Below are positions 1 through 10,033 of a DNA stretch of 64,000 nt, piece by piece; the first letter of the stretch is position 1, and every line of letters begins with the position of its first letter. The DNA lies in assembly GCA_049304015.1 (NCBI GenBank), contig JBAQNS010000016.1:143-64142 (forward strand). Reading direction: 5' to 3'. The position numbers and the translations under genes are program-made. Below the pieces are notes generated by a model. It did no database searches. It worked only from the letters and a program-made list of their open reading frames with translations, and was not told the DNA's origin. Source of the DNA: Minisyncoccia bacterium. GTDB taxonomy: Bacteria > Patescibacteriota > Minisyncoccia > Phycocordibacterales > Zambryskibacteraceae.

Positions 1-1
1 T

Positions 2-103
2 CAAAGGTTGGAAGACGCTCTGAAGAGAATTCGCGCTCTGGAGAGGCAAGTCCGCGAGCTGAGGACCAGGCAGCATCAGTCGGACGATATCCCGATAGGG
101 TAA
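2..103 (+). CDS. C-terminal fragment of an unknown protein (coiled-coil-like tail ...LEDALKRIRALERQVRELRTRQHQSDDIPIG*)
   Basis: Open frame running in from the window edge to TAA at 101-103. GC looks markedly higher than the backbone. Followed by a hairpin plus T-run. Confidence 0.3.
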   Translation, partial: QRLEDALKRIRALERQVRELRTRQHQSDDIPIG

Positions 104-133
104 CCAAAACACGAGCACTGCTCGTGTTTTTTC
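104..133. terminator. Bidirectional intrinsic terminator (aaaacACGAGCactGCTCGTgtttttt)
   Basis: 7-bp GC stem flanked by an A-run on the left and a T-run on the right. Sits between the upstream fragment (+) and the rpsA 3' end (-). Confidence 0.55.
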
Positions 134-166
134 TTGTCTTGTGCAACATCGAATGTTGCTCAAAAA

Positions 167-1318
167 TTATTTTACTTCCTTCGCGTCCTTGTCTAAATAG
201 GTGAGCGCCATCTTTTGTTCCTTAGCATCAAAGAGAGTAATCTTGAATGGATAAGTTTTACCCATTTCCAGTTTCTCTTTGAGTTTGTCTTCACCTCCAA
301 ATTCACTGACGTGTACAAGTCCAGCCACTCCTTCCTCAATAGAAGCAAGAGCACCATGCTTGTTGTATTTGATGATGACACCCTCAACTTGCATATCTTT
401 CTTATATTTCTTCTCTGCTTCCTTCCAAGGGTTTTCCTTGAGAGCTTTGATAGAAAGGGAAATCTTCTCATCCTTTATCTCTATAATCTTGACCTTCACC
501 TTTTCTCCGATTCTGTACATGGCTTTTGGATTCTCTACTAGACCCCAATCAATCTCAGAAATGTGGACGAGTCCTTCGAGTCCTTCTTCAAGCTTCACAA
601 AGATTCCAAAATCAACCAAACCAGTCACTTCACCAGTGAGTTCATCACCCAAGGCATAATGAGAGATAATTGATTCTTTGTTCTTGGTTTCTGGAGACTT
701 CTCAGAGAATATAAGCTTGCCTTCCTTTGGATTGGCACCAATGATAGTGACCAAAAGTTTTGTGCCCACAAGTTTCTTTAATTCAGCGAGGATGCTGTCC
801 TTGTCTCCATCAGTGACACGTGGATAGTGCTCAGGTTTAAGTTGTGAAGCAGGGAGGAAACCACTAATACCTTGCCAATTGATAATGAGTCCACCCTTGT
901 TGGCTTCGGTAATAGGGAGTTCGAAAACTCGCTTCTCATTTATAGCTGTATCTGCTTCACTCCAAATAAGAGCTTGTCTAGCTTCCTTGAGTGAGATTTC
1001 TATATAACCTTCTTTGCCTCCGATGCCCACAACCTTACCAGCGACAATGTCGCCAATATTGATTTTCTTGATGATATCCCTGGCATTCAAAAACTCTCGT
1101 CCATATATAATACCGGTGCCGAAAGGAGCAAGGTTTATATAAACCGCACCCTTATCAATACTAATAACTGGTCCCTCGACTACATCATCGATTGATGGAG
1201 GAGTGGCAGTGTTTAAAACTATTTGACCCATCAGGCTCGTGTCTTCTACGACAGGAACCTTTTCCTTCTTAACTTTTTCTTTTTTAATCAAAATTTTATA
1301 GCCATTCTTGGTCCTCAA
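167..1318 (-). CDS. rpsA: 30S ribosomal protein S1 (four S1 RNA-binding domains)
   Basis: 383 aa with repeated S1-domain signatures (GxV.GxV..F GaFV.l, HISEI). Confidence 0.8.
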   Translation of the reverse strand: MRTKNGYKILIKKEKVKKEKVPVVEDTSLMGQIVLNTATPPSIDDVVEGPVISIDKGAVYINLAPFGTGIIYGREFLNARDIIKKINIGDIVAGKVVGIGGKEGYIEISLKEARQALIWSEADTAINEKRVFELPITEANKGGLIINWQGISGFLPASQLKPEHYPRVTDGDKDSILAELKKLVGTKLLVTIIGANPKEGKLIFSEKSPETKNKESIISHYALGDELTGEVTGLVDFGIFVKLEEGLEGLVHISEIDWGLVENPKAMYRIGEKVKVKIIEIKDEKISLSIKALKENPWKEAEKKYKKDMQVEGVIIKYNKHGALASIEEGVAGLVHVSEFGGEDKLKEKLEMGKTYPFKITLFDAKEQKMALTYLDKDAKEVK

Positions 1319-1339
1319 GCTTCAAGAGTGTTTGCCAAA

Positions 1340-1860
1340 GCTTGAGGGGTAACAAAAACGGTGGTTATTAATTTATCCCGCCGTGGCGGGACTCGGGCAA
1401 TATAGCAGAAAAAAGGAATTTTGTAAACATAAAACGCGTCCCGTTCGGGTACGCGCGTTGCTTTGAAAATTGATGTTTCGAGGTGTTACCCCGTGGTCGC
1501 CGGCGTCGATGGCCGGCGACCACGGGACTATGCCGTTTGTCCCTCGGCCTGTGGCCCAGTAGTCCTGATGAAGGCTGGAACGAACCCGTTGGCTTTCCCC
1601 AGTAGGGTGCCAAGTTGGGCAACTTCGTGGCTTAATTCACCCCCTCATTTCCAGGATCGTCCTGGCGACGCAAGAGTCCGAAAGGGGAATTCGTCCCCTC
1701 GGCGATCCAAAAACTACACGGAAGTTCGAGGTGAGGACATGCGGCCCTCTGCGCTCGAGCGTGACTGGAGAAGCTCCAGCCCGCGGTCCCTCGCGGTCGC
1801 GCCGGCTTTGAAAAGCGGGGTGGCCACCAGGGAAAACATCAATTGGAAGGAACGTTCACT
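1340..1860. ncRNA. GC-rich, ORF-poor, hairpin-dense segment: candidate structured RNA (identity unresolved; RNase P RNA, tmRNA and 6S considered)
   Basis: About 500 nt with GC far above the flanks. Perfect 13-bp hairpin ccgtggtcgccggc/gccggcgaccacgg at 1491-1525. Long-range complement GGGGTAACA (1345) with TGTTACCCC (1486). Several other GC stems. The only ORFs (1463..1927 +, 1368..1622 -) have low-complexity, implausible translations. Confidence 0.35.
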
Positions 1861-1988
1861 TGTTATCCTATCATACTATTCAAATATTGTCAAGCAATTA
1901 AATTATAAAATTGTCAATAGGGGCTAAACAGAGCCATATTTGCTCTAAATTTACTGGTATTAAATACTGAATATGCTAGAATATACAT

Positions 1989-2624
1989 ATGATAATCACT
2001 TTCCAAGGTTTGGAGTCATTTCGAGTTTCTCAGGGAGACACCACCATAGCCCTTAATCCAGTATCCAAGGATTCTAAGTTTAAGTCTTCAAAATCTGGAG
2101 CAGATATAACCCTTATTACTACTAACCATCCAGACCTTGCAGGTAAGGATGCCACTAGTCGCGGTGATAAAGAGTCGTTCATCATAAGCGGTCCGGGTGA
2201 ATATGAAGTCAAAGATGTTGGAGTGAAGGGTTTTCTTTCGGAAAGCCTATATGGAGGAGAAAAACGTATTAATACTATTTACCAAATTTCCTTCGAGGGT
2301 ATGAACCTCTGTTTCCTTGGAGCTCTATCGAATCCGATGCTTTCTCCAGAGATTATTGAAGCCATAGAAGATGTAGATATTCTATTTGTACCCATTGGGA
2401 GTGAAGGAGTACTCGACGCTGCTGCAGCATATAAACTGGCAGTTTCCCTTGAACCAAAAATAATCATCCCTATGCACTACGGACAAATTGGAGACAAGAA
2501 TGCTTTGAAGTTGTTTATAAAGGAAGGAGGTGAAGAAGATGTAGAGTCTACGGACAAACTAGTGGTGAAGAAAAAAGACCTCGAAGGTCGAGAGGGCGAT
2601 GTTGTCATTCTTAAAGAAGAATAA
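1989..2624 (+). CDS. Metallo-beta-lactamase-fold hydrolase (UPF0173 / UlaG-like)
   Basis: 211 aa matching the MBL-fold metal-dependent hydrolase pattern (HxD.., PIG, IPMHYG). Confidence 0.5.
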   Translation: MIITFQGLESFRVSQGDTTIALNPVSKDSKFKSSKSGADITLITTNHPDLAGKDATSRGDKESFIISGPGEYEVKDVGVKGFLSESLYGGEKRINTIYQISFEGMNLCFLGALSNPMLSPEIIEAIEDVDILFVPIGSEGVLDAAAAYKLAVSLEPKIIIPMHYGQIGDKNALKLFIKEGGEEDVESTDKLVVKKKDLEGREGDVVILKEE

Positions 2625-2633
2625 TTTATATTT

Positions 2634-3002
2634 ATGAAAAAATATCTTTCAGAAATACATACTAAGTCTCCTGAGCATAAGAAAAAATTTGCACTCAGTG
2701 TTTCTCTTGGAATAACTTTGATTATCTTTGGTATCTGGTCTTTGGTTAAATGGAGCGACCTATCAAAGAAGGATGTTGTAGTAGAAAACAGTCAACCAAT
2801 AGCTGATGAGATCACTCCAATTTCTAACCTTACAAGTGGTATTGCGAATTCTCTGGAGGCCATCAAAACCACAGCCACTGATTTGAAAAATTCTGTTAAT
2901 CAAGTCAATCTTCAAAATCAATATGAGAATATAAGGAATGAAGCTCTTCCTGCAGATGCTCAAAATGGTAATATAGACACCACTAATACTAATGGCCAGT
3001 AA
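2634..3002 (+). CDS. Small membrane-anchored hypothetical protein
   Basis: 122 aa with one N-terminal TM helix followed by a polar tail. Confidence 0.4.
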   Translation: MKKYLSEIHTKSPEHKKKFALSVSLGITLIIFGIWSLVKWSDLSKKDVVVENSQPIADEITPISNLTSGIANSLEAIKTTATDLKNSVNQVNLQNQYENIRNEALPADAQNGNIDTTNTNGQ

Positions 3003-5463
3003 AGATATCAAAAAAGAAGAGGATAAAACACCGCTTACTCGTACGAGTGCGGTTGTTTCTCGTTCGATTACTACAGAGATGAAAGAATCGTTCATCGACT
3101 ATGCAATGTCGGTGATTACTGATAGAGCTTTACCTGATGTTCGAGATGGTTTGAAACCGGTGCATCGAAGAATTCTCTTCTCTATGAATGAGAAAGGTCT
3201 GACCGCAAGTGCTAAGAGCCGTAAGTCAGCTACAGTAGTTGGAGATGTGCTCGGATCGTACCACCCACACGGCGATGCTTCTGTTTATGAAGCAATGGTG
3301 AAGCTTGCTCAAGATTTTTCTACTAGGTATCCACTCATTATTGGTCAGGGTAACTTCGGTTCTATAGATGGAGACGGGGCGGCTGCGTACAGATACACCG
3401 AGGCCAAGATGAGTCGTGTGGCCAGCGAACTTTTGAATGATATAGACAAAAATACAGTTGATTTTAAAGCCAACTATGATGGCACCAAGAAAGAACCAAC
3501 AGTCCTACCTTCTGCACTTCCAAACTTACTTTTGAACGGTACCCTCGGTATTGCTGTGGGTATGGCCACCAACATTCCTCCACACAATCTCACTGAAGTG
3601 GTAGATGCCACTATTAAACTTATTGATGAGCCAAGTACTTCGACTGAAGAATTACTCGAGTCAGTAAAGGGTCCAGACTTCCCAACAGGAGGCATAATTT
3701 TTAATCAAAAAGAGATTCATCATGCTTATGCGACTGGTCGTGGAGGTATTGTGGCTCGAGGAGTAGCTGACATCACTGAGAACAAAGCAGGAAATTTCCA
3801 AATCATTATCACTGAGATTCCTTATAGAGTGAATAAATCGACTCTTATAGAAAAGATTGCTGATTTGGTTAGAGAAAAGAAAATTGATGGGATAAAAGGC
3901 CTCAGAGATGAATCAACGAAAGATATTCGTGTTGTTATTGATTTGAAAACCGGTTCTCAACCACAAAAAGTTTTGAATTCTTTGTATAAACATACTCAAC
4001 TCGAAGATACTTTCCATGTGAACATGGTGGCGCTGGTGGATGGGGTGCCTCAAACATTGTCTCTAAAGACAATGCTCCAAGAATTCATTAAGCACAGACA
4101 AGTGGTGGTAAAGCGTCGAGCCGAATTTGATCTAGAGAAGGCTCTGGCTCGTGAACATATCTTGCTCGGGTTATCCAAAGCCCTTGATCACATAGAAGAA
4201 GTCATAAAAATCATTCGTGCTTCAAAGGCTGTAGAGGATGCGAAGGTAAACCTCATGAAGAGATTCAAGTTTTCTGATCTCCAAGCCAATGCTATCCTCG
4301 AGATGCGTCTACAGAAACTAGCCGGACTTGAGAGGAAAAAAATTGAAGATGAACTTAAAGAAGTACAGACACTCATTGAAGAACTCAAAACTCTTTTGGC
4401 TTCAGCCAAAAAAATGCTCGCTGTGGTTAAGACAGAATTACTCGCTGCTCGAGATAAATATGGAGACGATAGACGTACAAAAGTTATCAAAGGCGGAGCC
4501 AAAATACTTTCTGTGGAAGATATGATTGCTGAAGAAGAAAATGCTCTTGTACTCACTTCTGGTGGTTACATCAAACGTACTAATCCAGACGAATATAAAA
4601 AGCAGAAACGAGGAGGTGTGGGAGTAGTGGACTTAGACACTAAGGAAGAAGACTTTGTCACTCATTTCCTCACTGCTTCGACTCATTCAGATCTTTTGTT
4701 CTTCACAGACAAAGGCAAAGCTTATCAAATCAAGATGTATGACATTCCTGAAGGTAAACGCGCCACCAAAGGTAAGTCTATTATGAACTTCATCTCACTT
4801 TCAGATGATGAGAAGATTACTTCGATTCTACCTATGTCTAAGGAAGCCAAGAATATCGAGGGAGCACTCCTTATGGTAACTGAACAGGGTACAGCCAAAA
4901 AGGTTGATGCCAAGTCGTTCCACGATGTTCGTTCATCTGGAATTATTGCCATCAAACTTGCTGCTGGGGATAAACTTATTTCTGTCTCACTCGTGATAAA
5001 GGGCGATGATGCTACTATTGTGACTAAAGATGGTCAATCTATAAGGTTCAAGGAGTCTGATATTAGGGAAATGGGTCGTGGAGCCGCTGGAGTGCGAGGT
5101 ATTAAACTTTCTAAAGGAGATAAAGTAGTTGGTGCTCATGAGATAAAGAAAGAATGGAAAGATGCACACCTACTTGTCATTTCTGCCAACGGTTATGGTA
5201 AACGCACCGAACTTTCTGAATATAAGGTTCAAGGCAGAGGTGGTTCAGGTATTTTGACTTCAAAGGTGACAAGTAAGACAGGTAATGTGATGGCTTCTCA
5301 AATCGTGACCGAAGACAGTGAAGAAGTGGTAGCTATATCTAAGAAATCTCAGGTTGTGCGTGTAGACATAAAAGAAATCCCAGTGCTCGGTCGTCAGACT
5401 CAAGGCGTACGCATCATGAAGCTCCGAGAAGGTGATTCTCTCGCATCTGTGATTTGTTTATAG
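2992..5463 (+). CDS. gyrA: DNA gyrase subunit A
   Basis: 823 aa with [24 protein letters not shown] and the active-site Tyr region. C-terminal beta-pinwheel repeats present. Confidence 0.9.
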   Translation: MASKDIKKEEDKTPLTRTSAVVSRSITTEMKESFIDYAMSVITDRALPDVRDGLKPVHRRILFSMNEKGLTASAKSRKSATVVGDVLGSYHPHGDASVYEAMVKLAQDFSTRYPLIIGQGNFGSIDGDGAAAYRYTEAKMSRVASELLNDIDKNTVDFKANYDGTKKEPTVLPSALPNLLLNGTLGIAVGMATNIPPHNLTEVVDATIKLIDEPSTSTEELLESVKGPDFPTGGIIFNQKEIHHAYATGRGGIVARGVADITENKAGNFQIIITEIPYRVNKSTLIEKIADLVREKKIDGIKGLRDESTKDIRVVIDLKTGSQPQKVLNSLYKHTQLEDTFHVNMVALVDGVPQTLSLKTMLQEFIKHRQVVVKRRAEFDLEKALAREHILLGLSKALDHIEEVIKIIRASKAVEDAKVNLMKRFKFSDLQANAILEMRLQKLAGLERKKIEDELKEVQTLIEELKTLLASAKKMLAVVKTELLAARDKYGDDRRTKVIKGGAKILSVEDMIAEEENALVLTSGGYIKRTNPDEYKKQKRGGVGVVDLDTKEEDFVTHFLTASTHSDLLFFTDKGKAYQIKMYDIPEGKRATKGKSIMNFISLSDDEKITSILPMSKEAKNIEGALLMVTEQGTAKKVDAKSFHDVRSSGIIAIKLAAGDKLISVSLVIKGDDATIVTKDGQSIRFKESDIREMGRGAAGVRGIKLSKGDKVVGAHEIKKEWKDAHLLVISANGYGKRTELSEYKVQGRGGSGILTSKVTSKTGNVMASQIVTEDSEEVVAISKKSQVVRVDIKEIPVLGRQTQGVRIMKLREGDSLASVICL

Positions 5464-5478
5464 TGATACAATAAATAC

Positions 5479-6015
5479 ATGTTTTCTAATCCAGAAGATA
5501 ATGTTCATGAATTTGGATTTATCGCAGGACAATCTGTAGCAGATTTTGGTTCTGGGGCTGGGCATTATACCTTTGCTCTCTCAAAAGTTCTTGGAGTTAA
5601 TGGTCGAGTCTACGCAGTGGATATCCAAGAAGAAATGCTGACTCATCTGTCTATAGAACTTAAACAAAACAATGTAGAGAATGTGCGGGTGGTGTTGGGG
5701 GACATAGAAAAGCTCGATGGCACCCACCTCAAAGAGGAGTGTGTAGACGGTGTAGTCTTCTCAAACATCCTCTTTCAGCTTGATCATAAGGAGTCTGCTG
5801 TAAAGGAGGCCTTTCGAATCCTCAAATCCGGAGGCAAAGCTTGTATAGTCGAGTGGCACGACCTTTCGTTCCTTGCAGGGGTTAGGAAAGAAGATAGAAA
5901 GGTGGTGGTGACAGAAGAAGAGACAAGAAATCTTTTCATAAACGCAGGATTTAAATTCGAAAGGACTTTTGAATCAGGGGATCACCACTATGGTCTTATC
6001 TTTAAAAAACCCTAG
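5479..6015 (+). CDS. Class I SAM-dependent methyltransferase
   Basis: Motif I VADFGSGAGHYT. 178 aa. Confidence 0.6.
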   Translation: MFSNPEDNVHEFGFIAGQSVADFGSGAGHYTFALSKVLGVNGRVYAVDIQEEMLTHLSIELKQNNVENVRVVLGDIEKLDGTHLKEECVDGVVFSNILFQLDHKESAVKEAFRILKSGGKACIVEWHDLSFLAGVRKEDRKVVVTEEETRNLFINAGFKFERTFESGDHHYGLIFKKP

Positions 6016-6047
6016 TCATACGGGCAAGTAGTGATAGAATAATATAA

Positions 6048-7331
6048 ATGTCCAAGTTTCAATTAATTCTTCTTTCAATCTTTGGTGCCTTTATAGTGAT
6101 AGGTGTTATCGCTTTTTCAATGGCTCGTGGAGGCGGTGCGGGGGCCACAAATGTTGTCATTTGGGGAGACATTGCTGGAGACGCTTTCAATAGAACTATC
6201 ACTGGCTTTGGTGGAGGAGATGCTAATTTGCCTCGTATTCAATATGTTTATAAACCAGCAGATACCTTTTCAGCTGATTTGACTGAAGCCATAGCCACAG
6301 GCAATGGTCCAGATTTGGTCATTATGAATCTTTCTAGTATAGAAAAAAATAAAAACAAAATACTAGTTATCCCTGAATCCAGTTTGAGTCAAAGTGATTT
6401 TAAAAATACTTTTATCCAAGAAGGAGAGTTGCTAAGCACCACTGGCGGAGTATATGGTTTGCCTCTTGTAGTTGACCCAATGGTTTTGTATTGGAATAGA
6501 GATTTTTTTGATAAAGCATCACTCGTAGCCCCTCCTCAATATTGGGATGAAATCTATGACTATGCAGTCAAACTTACTGAGAAAGATACAGCAGGGAATA
6601 TCCAAAAGAGTACCATTGCCCTTGGAGAAACAAAAAACATTCCTAATAGCAAAAATATTATGTCACTCTTGCTTCTTCAGGCAGGTTCACCTATCACACT
6701 TTTTCAATATGATAGATATCATGCGGTCTTGACCGAGAGGTTTAATCTCCCACTACAACCTGCCGCGGCTGCCATAGACTTCTATACCCAGTTTGCCAAT
6801 CCTACCAAACGCTTCTACACATGGAATTCTTCGCTCTTACCTGCACAGACAACCTTCACTTCTGGCAATTCGGCCATGTATCTCGGCTTTGCTAGTGAGT
6901 TAAGTATTCTAAAGGCCAAGAATCCTACTCTAAATTTGGCAGTGGCTCTTGTCCCACAATCTCGTATAGCTGATAAGAAGATTACATTCGGGAAGCTTGA
7001 AGTGGTGGCAGTCTTAAAGAGTAGCAAAAACATCCCTGGGGCCTTTAGCTCTCTAATGAGTATTGTTTCTAAGGATAATGCCTCTGCACTCTCGAATGTG
7101 ATTTACATTCCTCCAGCTAGGAGAGATTTGCTTTCAACACCTCCAAAGGATTATTTCCTTTCGATGTTTTATACAGCCGCCATTCAATCCAGAGGTTGGC
7201 TTGATCCTGATGAGAAGAAGACAACAGGTATATTTGTAGATATGATTGATGGAGTGACCTCTGGTAGAGCCAGTACCCAAGAGGCTATTAATACAGCAAA
7301 CGTGGCCATTGATTCACTTATAAATCCATAA
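6048..7331 (+). CDS. Membrane-anchored extracellular solute-binding protein (ABC SBP family 1-like)
   Basis: N-terminal TM helix followed by about 400 aa of periplasmic-binding-protein-like sequence. No cognate permease is adjacent. Confidence 0.45.
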   Translation: MSKFQLILLSIFGAFIVIGVIAFSMARGGGAGATNVVIWGDIAGDAFNRTITGFGGGDANLPRIQYVYKPADTFSADLTEAIATGNGPDLVIMNLSSIEKNKNKILVIPESSLSQSDFKNTFIQEGELLSTTGGVYGLPLVVDPMVLYWNRDFFDKASLVAPPQYWDEIYDYAVKLTEKDTAGNIQKSTIALGETKNIPNSKNIMSLLLLQAGSPITLFQYDRYHAVLTERFNLPLQPAAAAIDFYTQFANPTKRFYTWNSSLLPAQTTFTSGNSAMYLGFASELSILKAKNPTLNLAVALVPQSRIADKKITFGKLEVVAVLKSSKNIPGAFSSLMSIVSKDNASALSNVIYIPPARRDLLSTPPKDYFLSMFYTAAIQSRGWLDPDEKKTTGIFVDMIDGVTSGRASTQEAINTANVAIDSLINP

Positions 7332-7729
7332 TGAAAAGAATATATCCACAAATTGTTGCGACTGCATTACTATCTATAATTGTTGTCAGTCCTCATATAG
7401 TTTCTGCTCAGTTTGGTGATTTTATAAAATGTGGAAATGAAGGACAGCCTGATTGCGGTTTTCAACAATTAGTAACATTGGTTACTGATGTGATAAATGG
7501 GCTTATAAAACTGGCCACACTCATAACCACTGGTGTGTTAGCTTATGCAGGATTCAAAATGATTTTCTCCGGTGGTGATGAAAGCACTTATAAAGAAGCC
7601 AAGGAGATGGCCCTTAAAACTGTTAAAGGTTATTTGTGGATACTGGTGGCTTGGACTTTGGTTTATACTATAACTACAGTGTTACTTGAACCAAATAATT
7701 ACACTAATTTATTAGGTAGCCCAAATTGA
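7331..7729 (+). CDS. Pilin-like small secreted two-helix protein (TrbC/VirB2-like), paralog 1
   Basis: Signal peptide, hydrophobic helix, short charged loop, then a second hydrophobic helix. First of six tandem paralogs. Confidence 0.45.
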   Translation: MKRIYPQIVATALLSIIVVSPHIVSAQFGDFIKCGNEGQPDCGFQQLVTLVTDVINGLIKLATLITTGVLAYAGFKMIFSGGDESTYKEAKEMALKTVKGYLWILVAWTLVYTITTVLLEPNNYTNLLGSPN

Positions 7730-8118
7730 TGAAAAAATTTATCCCTTCACTACTCGCGTTTGTTTTGTTGGCCGGTATATCTGTAGCGCTATTGAATGTT
7801 CATAAAGTATCAGCAACTACCACTACATCAGTAGACGCTGGAGCTACTATTAAAAACCCTTTTAAAGGAGGGGGAAATTTGGAGGAGTTATTTGTAGCGA
7901 TACTCAATGGCGTAGTTATACCTATAGGAGCAGTGGCGGTGGTCTTGGGTTTTATCTATACAGGTTTTCTCTTTGTGAAGGCACAAGGTAATGATAAAGA
8001 GTTGCCACAAGCCAGAGGTGCATTGTTGAACACAGTCATTGGGGCAATAATCCTTTTAGGAGCAGGGGTTATAGCCAATGTTATAGGCAATACTATTAAT
8101 CAACTCAAAGCATCATGA
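7726..8118 (+). CDS. Pilin-like (TrbC/VirB2-like) paralog 2
   Basis: Same architecture. Overlaps its neighbours by 4 nt, suggesting translational coupling. Confidence 0.45.
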   Translation: MMKKFIPSLLAFVLLAGISVALLNVHKVSATTTTSVDAGATIKNPFKGGGNLEELFVAILNGVVIPIGAVAVVLGFIYTGFLFVKAQGNDKELPQARGALLNTVIGAIILLGAGVIANVIGNTINQLKAS

Positions 8119-8417
8119 CCACTGACTCTAGAACCTTTGCCCAAATAGTTGGAGGTATCCTCGATTTGATTTCTTTGGTTGTGCCAGTACTGGCAGGAGC
8201 AGCGATGTTGGTTTTCTTCTGGGGTTTGGTCAAATTTATTTGGAAGTCCGGTGATGAAGCTAGCCATGAGGATGGTAAAAATTTGATGAAATGGGGCATT
8301 ATTGCATTATTTATAATGGTTTCTTATATAAGCATTGTGCAATTTCTATATGTTGGTTTTGGGTTTGGAACTGGTAGTAGCTTTGGGATACCACTATTAC
8401 CAACAAATCACTCATAA
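8115..8417 (+). CDS. Pilin-like (TrbC/VirB2-like) paralog 3
   Basis: Core LVFFWGLVKFIWKSGDE...KWGIIALFIMVSY shared with paralogs 4 and 5. Confidence 0.5.
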   Translation: MTTDSRTFAQIVGGILDLISLVVPVLAGAAMLVFFWGLVKFIWKSGDEASHEDGKNLMKWGIIALFIMVSYISIVQFLYVGFGFGTGSSFGIPLLPTNHS

Positions 8418-8418
8418 T

Positions 8419-8835
8419 ATGAAAAAGTACTTAACTCGAACTTCTATATTTATCTTGGGCAGTTTCCCTGTATATGCTTTTGGTGCCACTAGAGGTTTTA
8501 AGGAAGTTTTACTTGAGACTCAAGGAGTTATAGACAAGTTGGTAGTAATGGTTGTGGGTGTGGCTCTTTTTGCTTTCTTTTGGGGTCTAACAAAGACTAT
8601 TTTTGGTGCTGGGGATGTTGAGAAACAAGCAGCGGGTAGAAATATAATGAAATATGGTATTTTGGCACTTTTTATAATGGTTTCTATATGGAGTATTATT
8701 GGTTTCCTCCAACAAGGATTCGGGATAAACAATTCGACTTCTAACTCTAGTTTAAATTCTAATAACGCTTCTTCTGATGGTTGTACAGACGCATTTGGTA
8801 ATCCTACATACACAGGAGATTGTGGCACATTTTAG
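8419..8835 (+). CDS. Pilin-like (TrbC/VirB2-like) paralog 4 with Ser/Asn-rich C-terminal tail
   Basis: Start moved to the ATG at 8419 (MKKYLTRT...). Core FFWGLTKTIFGAGD...KYGILALFIMVSIW. Confidence 0.5.
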   Translation: MKKYLTRTSIFILGSFPVYAFGATRGFKEVLLETQGVIDKLVVMVVGVALFAFFWGLTKTIFGAGDVEKQAAGRNIMKYGILALFIMVSIWSIIGFLQQGFGINNSTSNSSLNSNNASSDGCTDAFGNPTYTGDCGTF

Positions 8836-8930
8836 CTCATCCACCTTTACTGCTAGCGTTAGTTTGGATAGGGGGTATAATATAATGCATACCGTTTATA
8901 GGTATATTAAAATTAATTTCAATTTTACAC

Positions 8931-9275
8931 ATGAAAAAGTTTTTACTTATAAGTCTCGCAGCAGCTCCAGCTCTTGCGTTTGGTGCATCAACTAGTGGTT
9001 TTGACTCATTCTTGAGCTCAGTGAAGGGAACTGTGGATAAACTCATTCCTTTCCTAGTTGGTCTCGCACTTTTGGGATTTTTCTGGGGCTTGGTCAAATT
9101 TATTTTCAACAGCAACAATGACGAAGGACGAGAGGAAGCAAAATCAATGATGATTTATGCCATTATTGCTCTATTCGTAATGACCGCCGTTTGGGGTCTT
9201 GTAGGTTTCCTAGGTACAGCTATCGGTGTTGATCAAGGAGGCTCAGTCACACTTCCTAGAACTCCAAGTCTATAA
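8931..9275 (+). CDS. Pilin-like (TrbC/VirB2-like) paralog 5
   Basis: Signal peptide MKKFLLISLAAAPALAFGA. Core FFWGLVKFIFNSNNDEGREEAKSMMIYAIIALFVM. Confidence 0.5.
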   Translation: MKKFLLISLAAAPALAFGASTSGFDSFLSSVKGTVDKLIPFLVGLALLGFFWGLVKFIFNSNNDEGREEAKSMMIYAIIALFVMTAVWGLVGFLGTAIGVDQGGSVTLPRTPSL

Positions 9276-9280
9276 TCAGA

Positions 9281-9559
9281 ATGGCAGCAGCAGAGATTAC
9301 CATTGTTCCTTTCTTGTACAAGGTTAATGCTGTGGTTATAAATCCTGTCATTAAACTTGTATTTGCCATAGCTATCGTGATTTTCTTTTATGGCATTTAT
9401 CAGTTTATAAGTGAAGAAACAGGGGACAAAGGAAGAGAACAAGGTAAGAAGAAAATCTTGTGGGGACTTGTAGGGATGCTCATAATGTTTAGTGCATATG
9501 GCATCATCAATCTAATATTGGGTACGTTTAATTTTCCCAAACCGGGAATACTCCCATAG
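9281..9559 (+). CDS. Pilin-like (TrbC/VirB2-like) paralog 6 (shortest, no obvious signal peptide)
   Basis: Two hydrophobic helices separated by the charged loop EETGDKGREQGKKK. Confidence 0.4.
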   Translation: MAAAEITIVPFLYKVNAVVINPVIKLVFAIAIVIFFYGIYQFISEETGDKGREQGKKKILWGLVGMLIMFSAYGIINLILGTFNFPKPGILP

Positions 9560-9563
9560 AAAT

Positions 9564-9594
9564 AAAAAGAACTCCCAATCGGGAGTTCTTTTTA
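9564..9594. terminator. Bidirectional intrinsic terminator (aaaaaGAACTCCCaatcGGGAGTTCttttt)
   Basis: 8-bp stem with A-run and T-run flanks, between the pilin array (+) and tRNA-Leu (-). Confidence 0.6.
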
Positions 9595-9596
9595 TT

Positions 9597-9680
9597 TGGT
9601 GCCGGGGAGAGGACTTGAACCTCCACACCTTGCGGTACCAGTTCCTAAAACTGGCGTGTCTACCATTTCACCACCCCGGC
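9597..9680 (-). tRNA. tRNA-Leu (anticodon TAG), type II with long variable arm, CCA encoded
   Basis: Reverse complement folds as a cloverleaf: GCCGGGG acceptor, anticodon loop TTTAGGA, T-arm GGTTCAAGTCC. Confidence 0.8.
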
Positions 9681-9787
9681 ATAATACGGATACTTGTACT
9701 TGTGGTCAGGAATAGTTTTTTGCTAAAAACTTCCCCGACCCGGACTCGCGCCGTCGCGCTCCGTCTCGCACAAGTGCTCCGCACTTG

Positions 9788-9860
9788 TGCGCCCAGTAGG
9801 AGTCGAACCTACGACCATCTCCTTAAGAGGGAGCTGCTCTACCAGCTGAGCTATGGGCGC
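9788..9860 (-). tRNA. tRNA-Lys (anticodon CTT)
   Basis: Reverse complement GCGCCCATAGCTCAGCTGGTAGAGC..CTCTTAAGG..GGTTCGACTCC..TGGGCGCA. Confidence 0.8.
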
Positions 9861-9927
9861 TCGAATGTAGAGTATCGCAAATTTCTAACGATTTTTCAAT
9901 CGTTTTATGATAATGTAGATTCTGTTC

Positions 9928-9998
9928 GGCCTAGTAGCCAAGTGGTAAGGCACGGCTCTGCAAAAGCTTCATCGGCGGTTCGATTCCGCCCTAGGCCT
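9928..9998 (+). tRNA. tRNA-Cys (anticodon GCA), U73 discriminator
   Basis: GGCCTAG/CTAGGCC acceptor, anticodon loop CTGCAAA, T-arm GGCGGTTCGATTCCGCC, discriminator T. Confidence 0.7.
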
Positions 9999-10033
9999 CC
10001 CGAACAGTTTGTGTTTATAATAACTGTGAGGCA

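Noticed and set aside
1340-1860. Assignment of the GC-rich RNA candidates (this segment and 29340-29805) to RNase P RNA or tmRNA
   Set aside because: There are partial motif resemblances (GGUGCCA-GU, GUGAAAGGGUG, GGAAGGUCC). But the P4 strands, the tmRNA T-arm and the tag ORF could not be placed in the right order and spacing, so both are left unassigned.
1463-1927. 154-aa plus ORF and 84-aa minus ORF inside the GC-rich segment at 1340-1860
   Set aside because: The translations are Arg/Pro/Ser-rich with no similarity to anything recognisable. The region is better explained as structured RNA or non-coding DNA.
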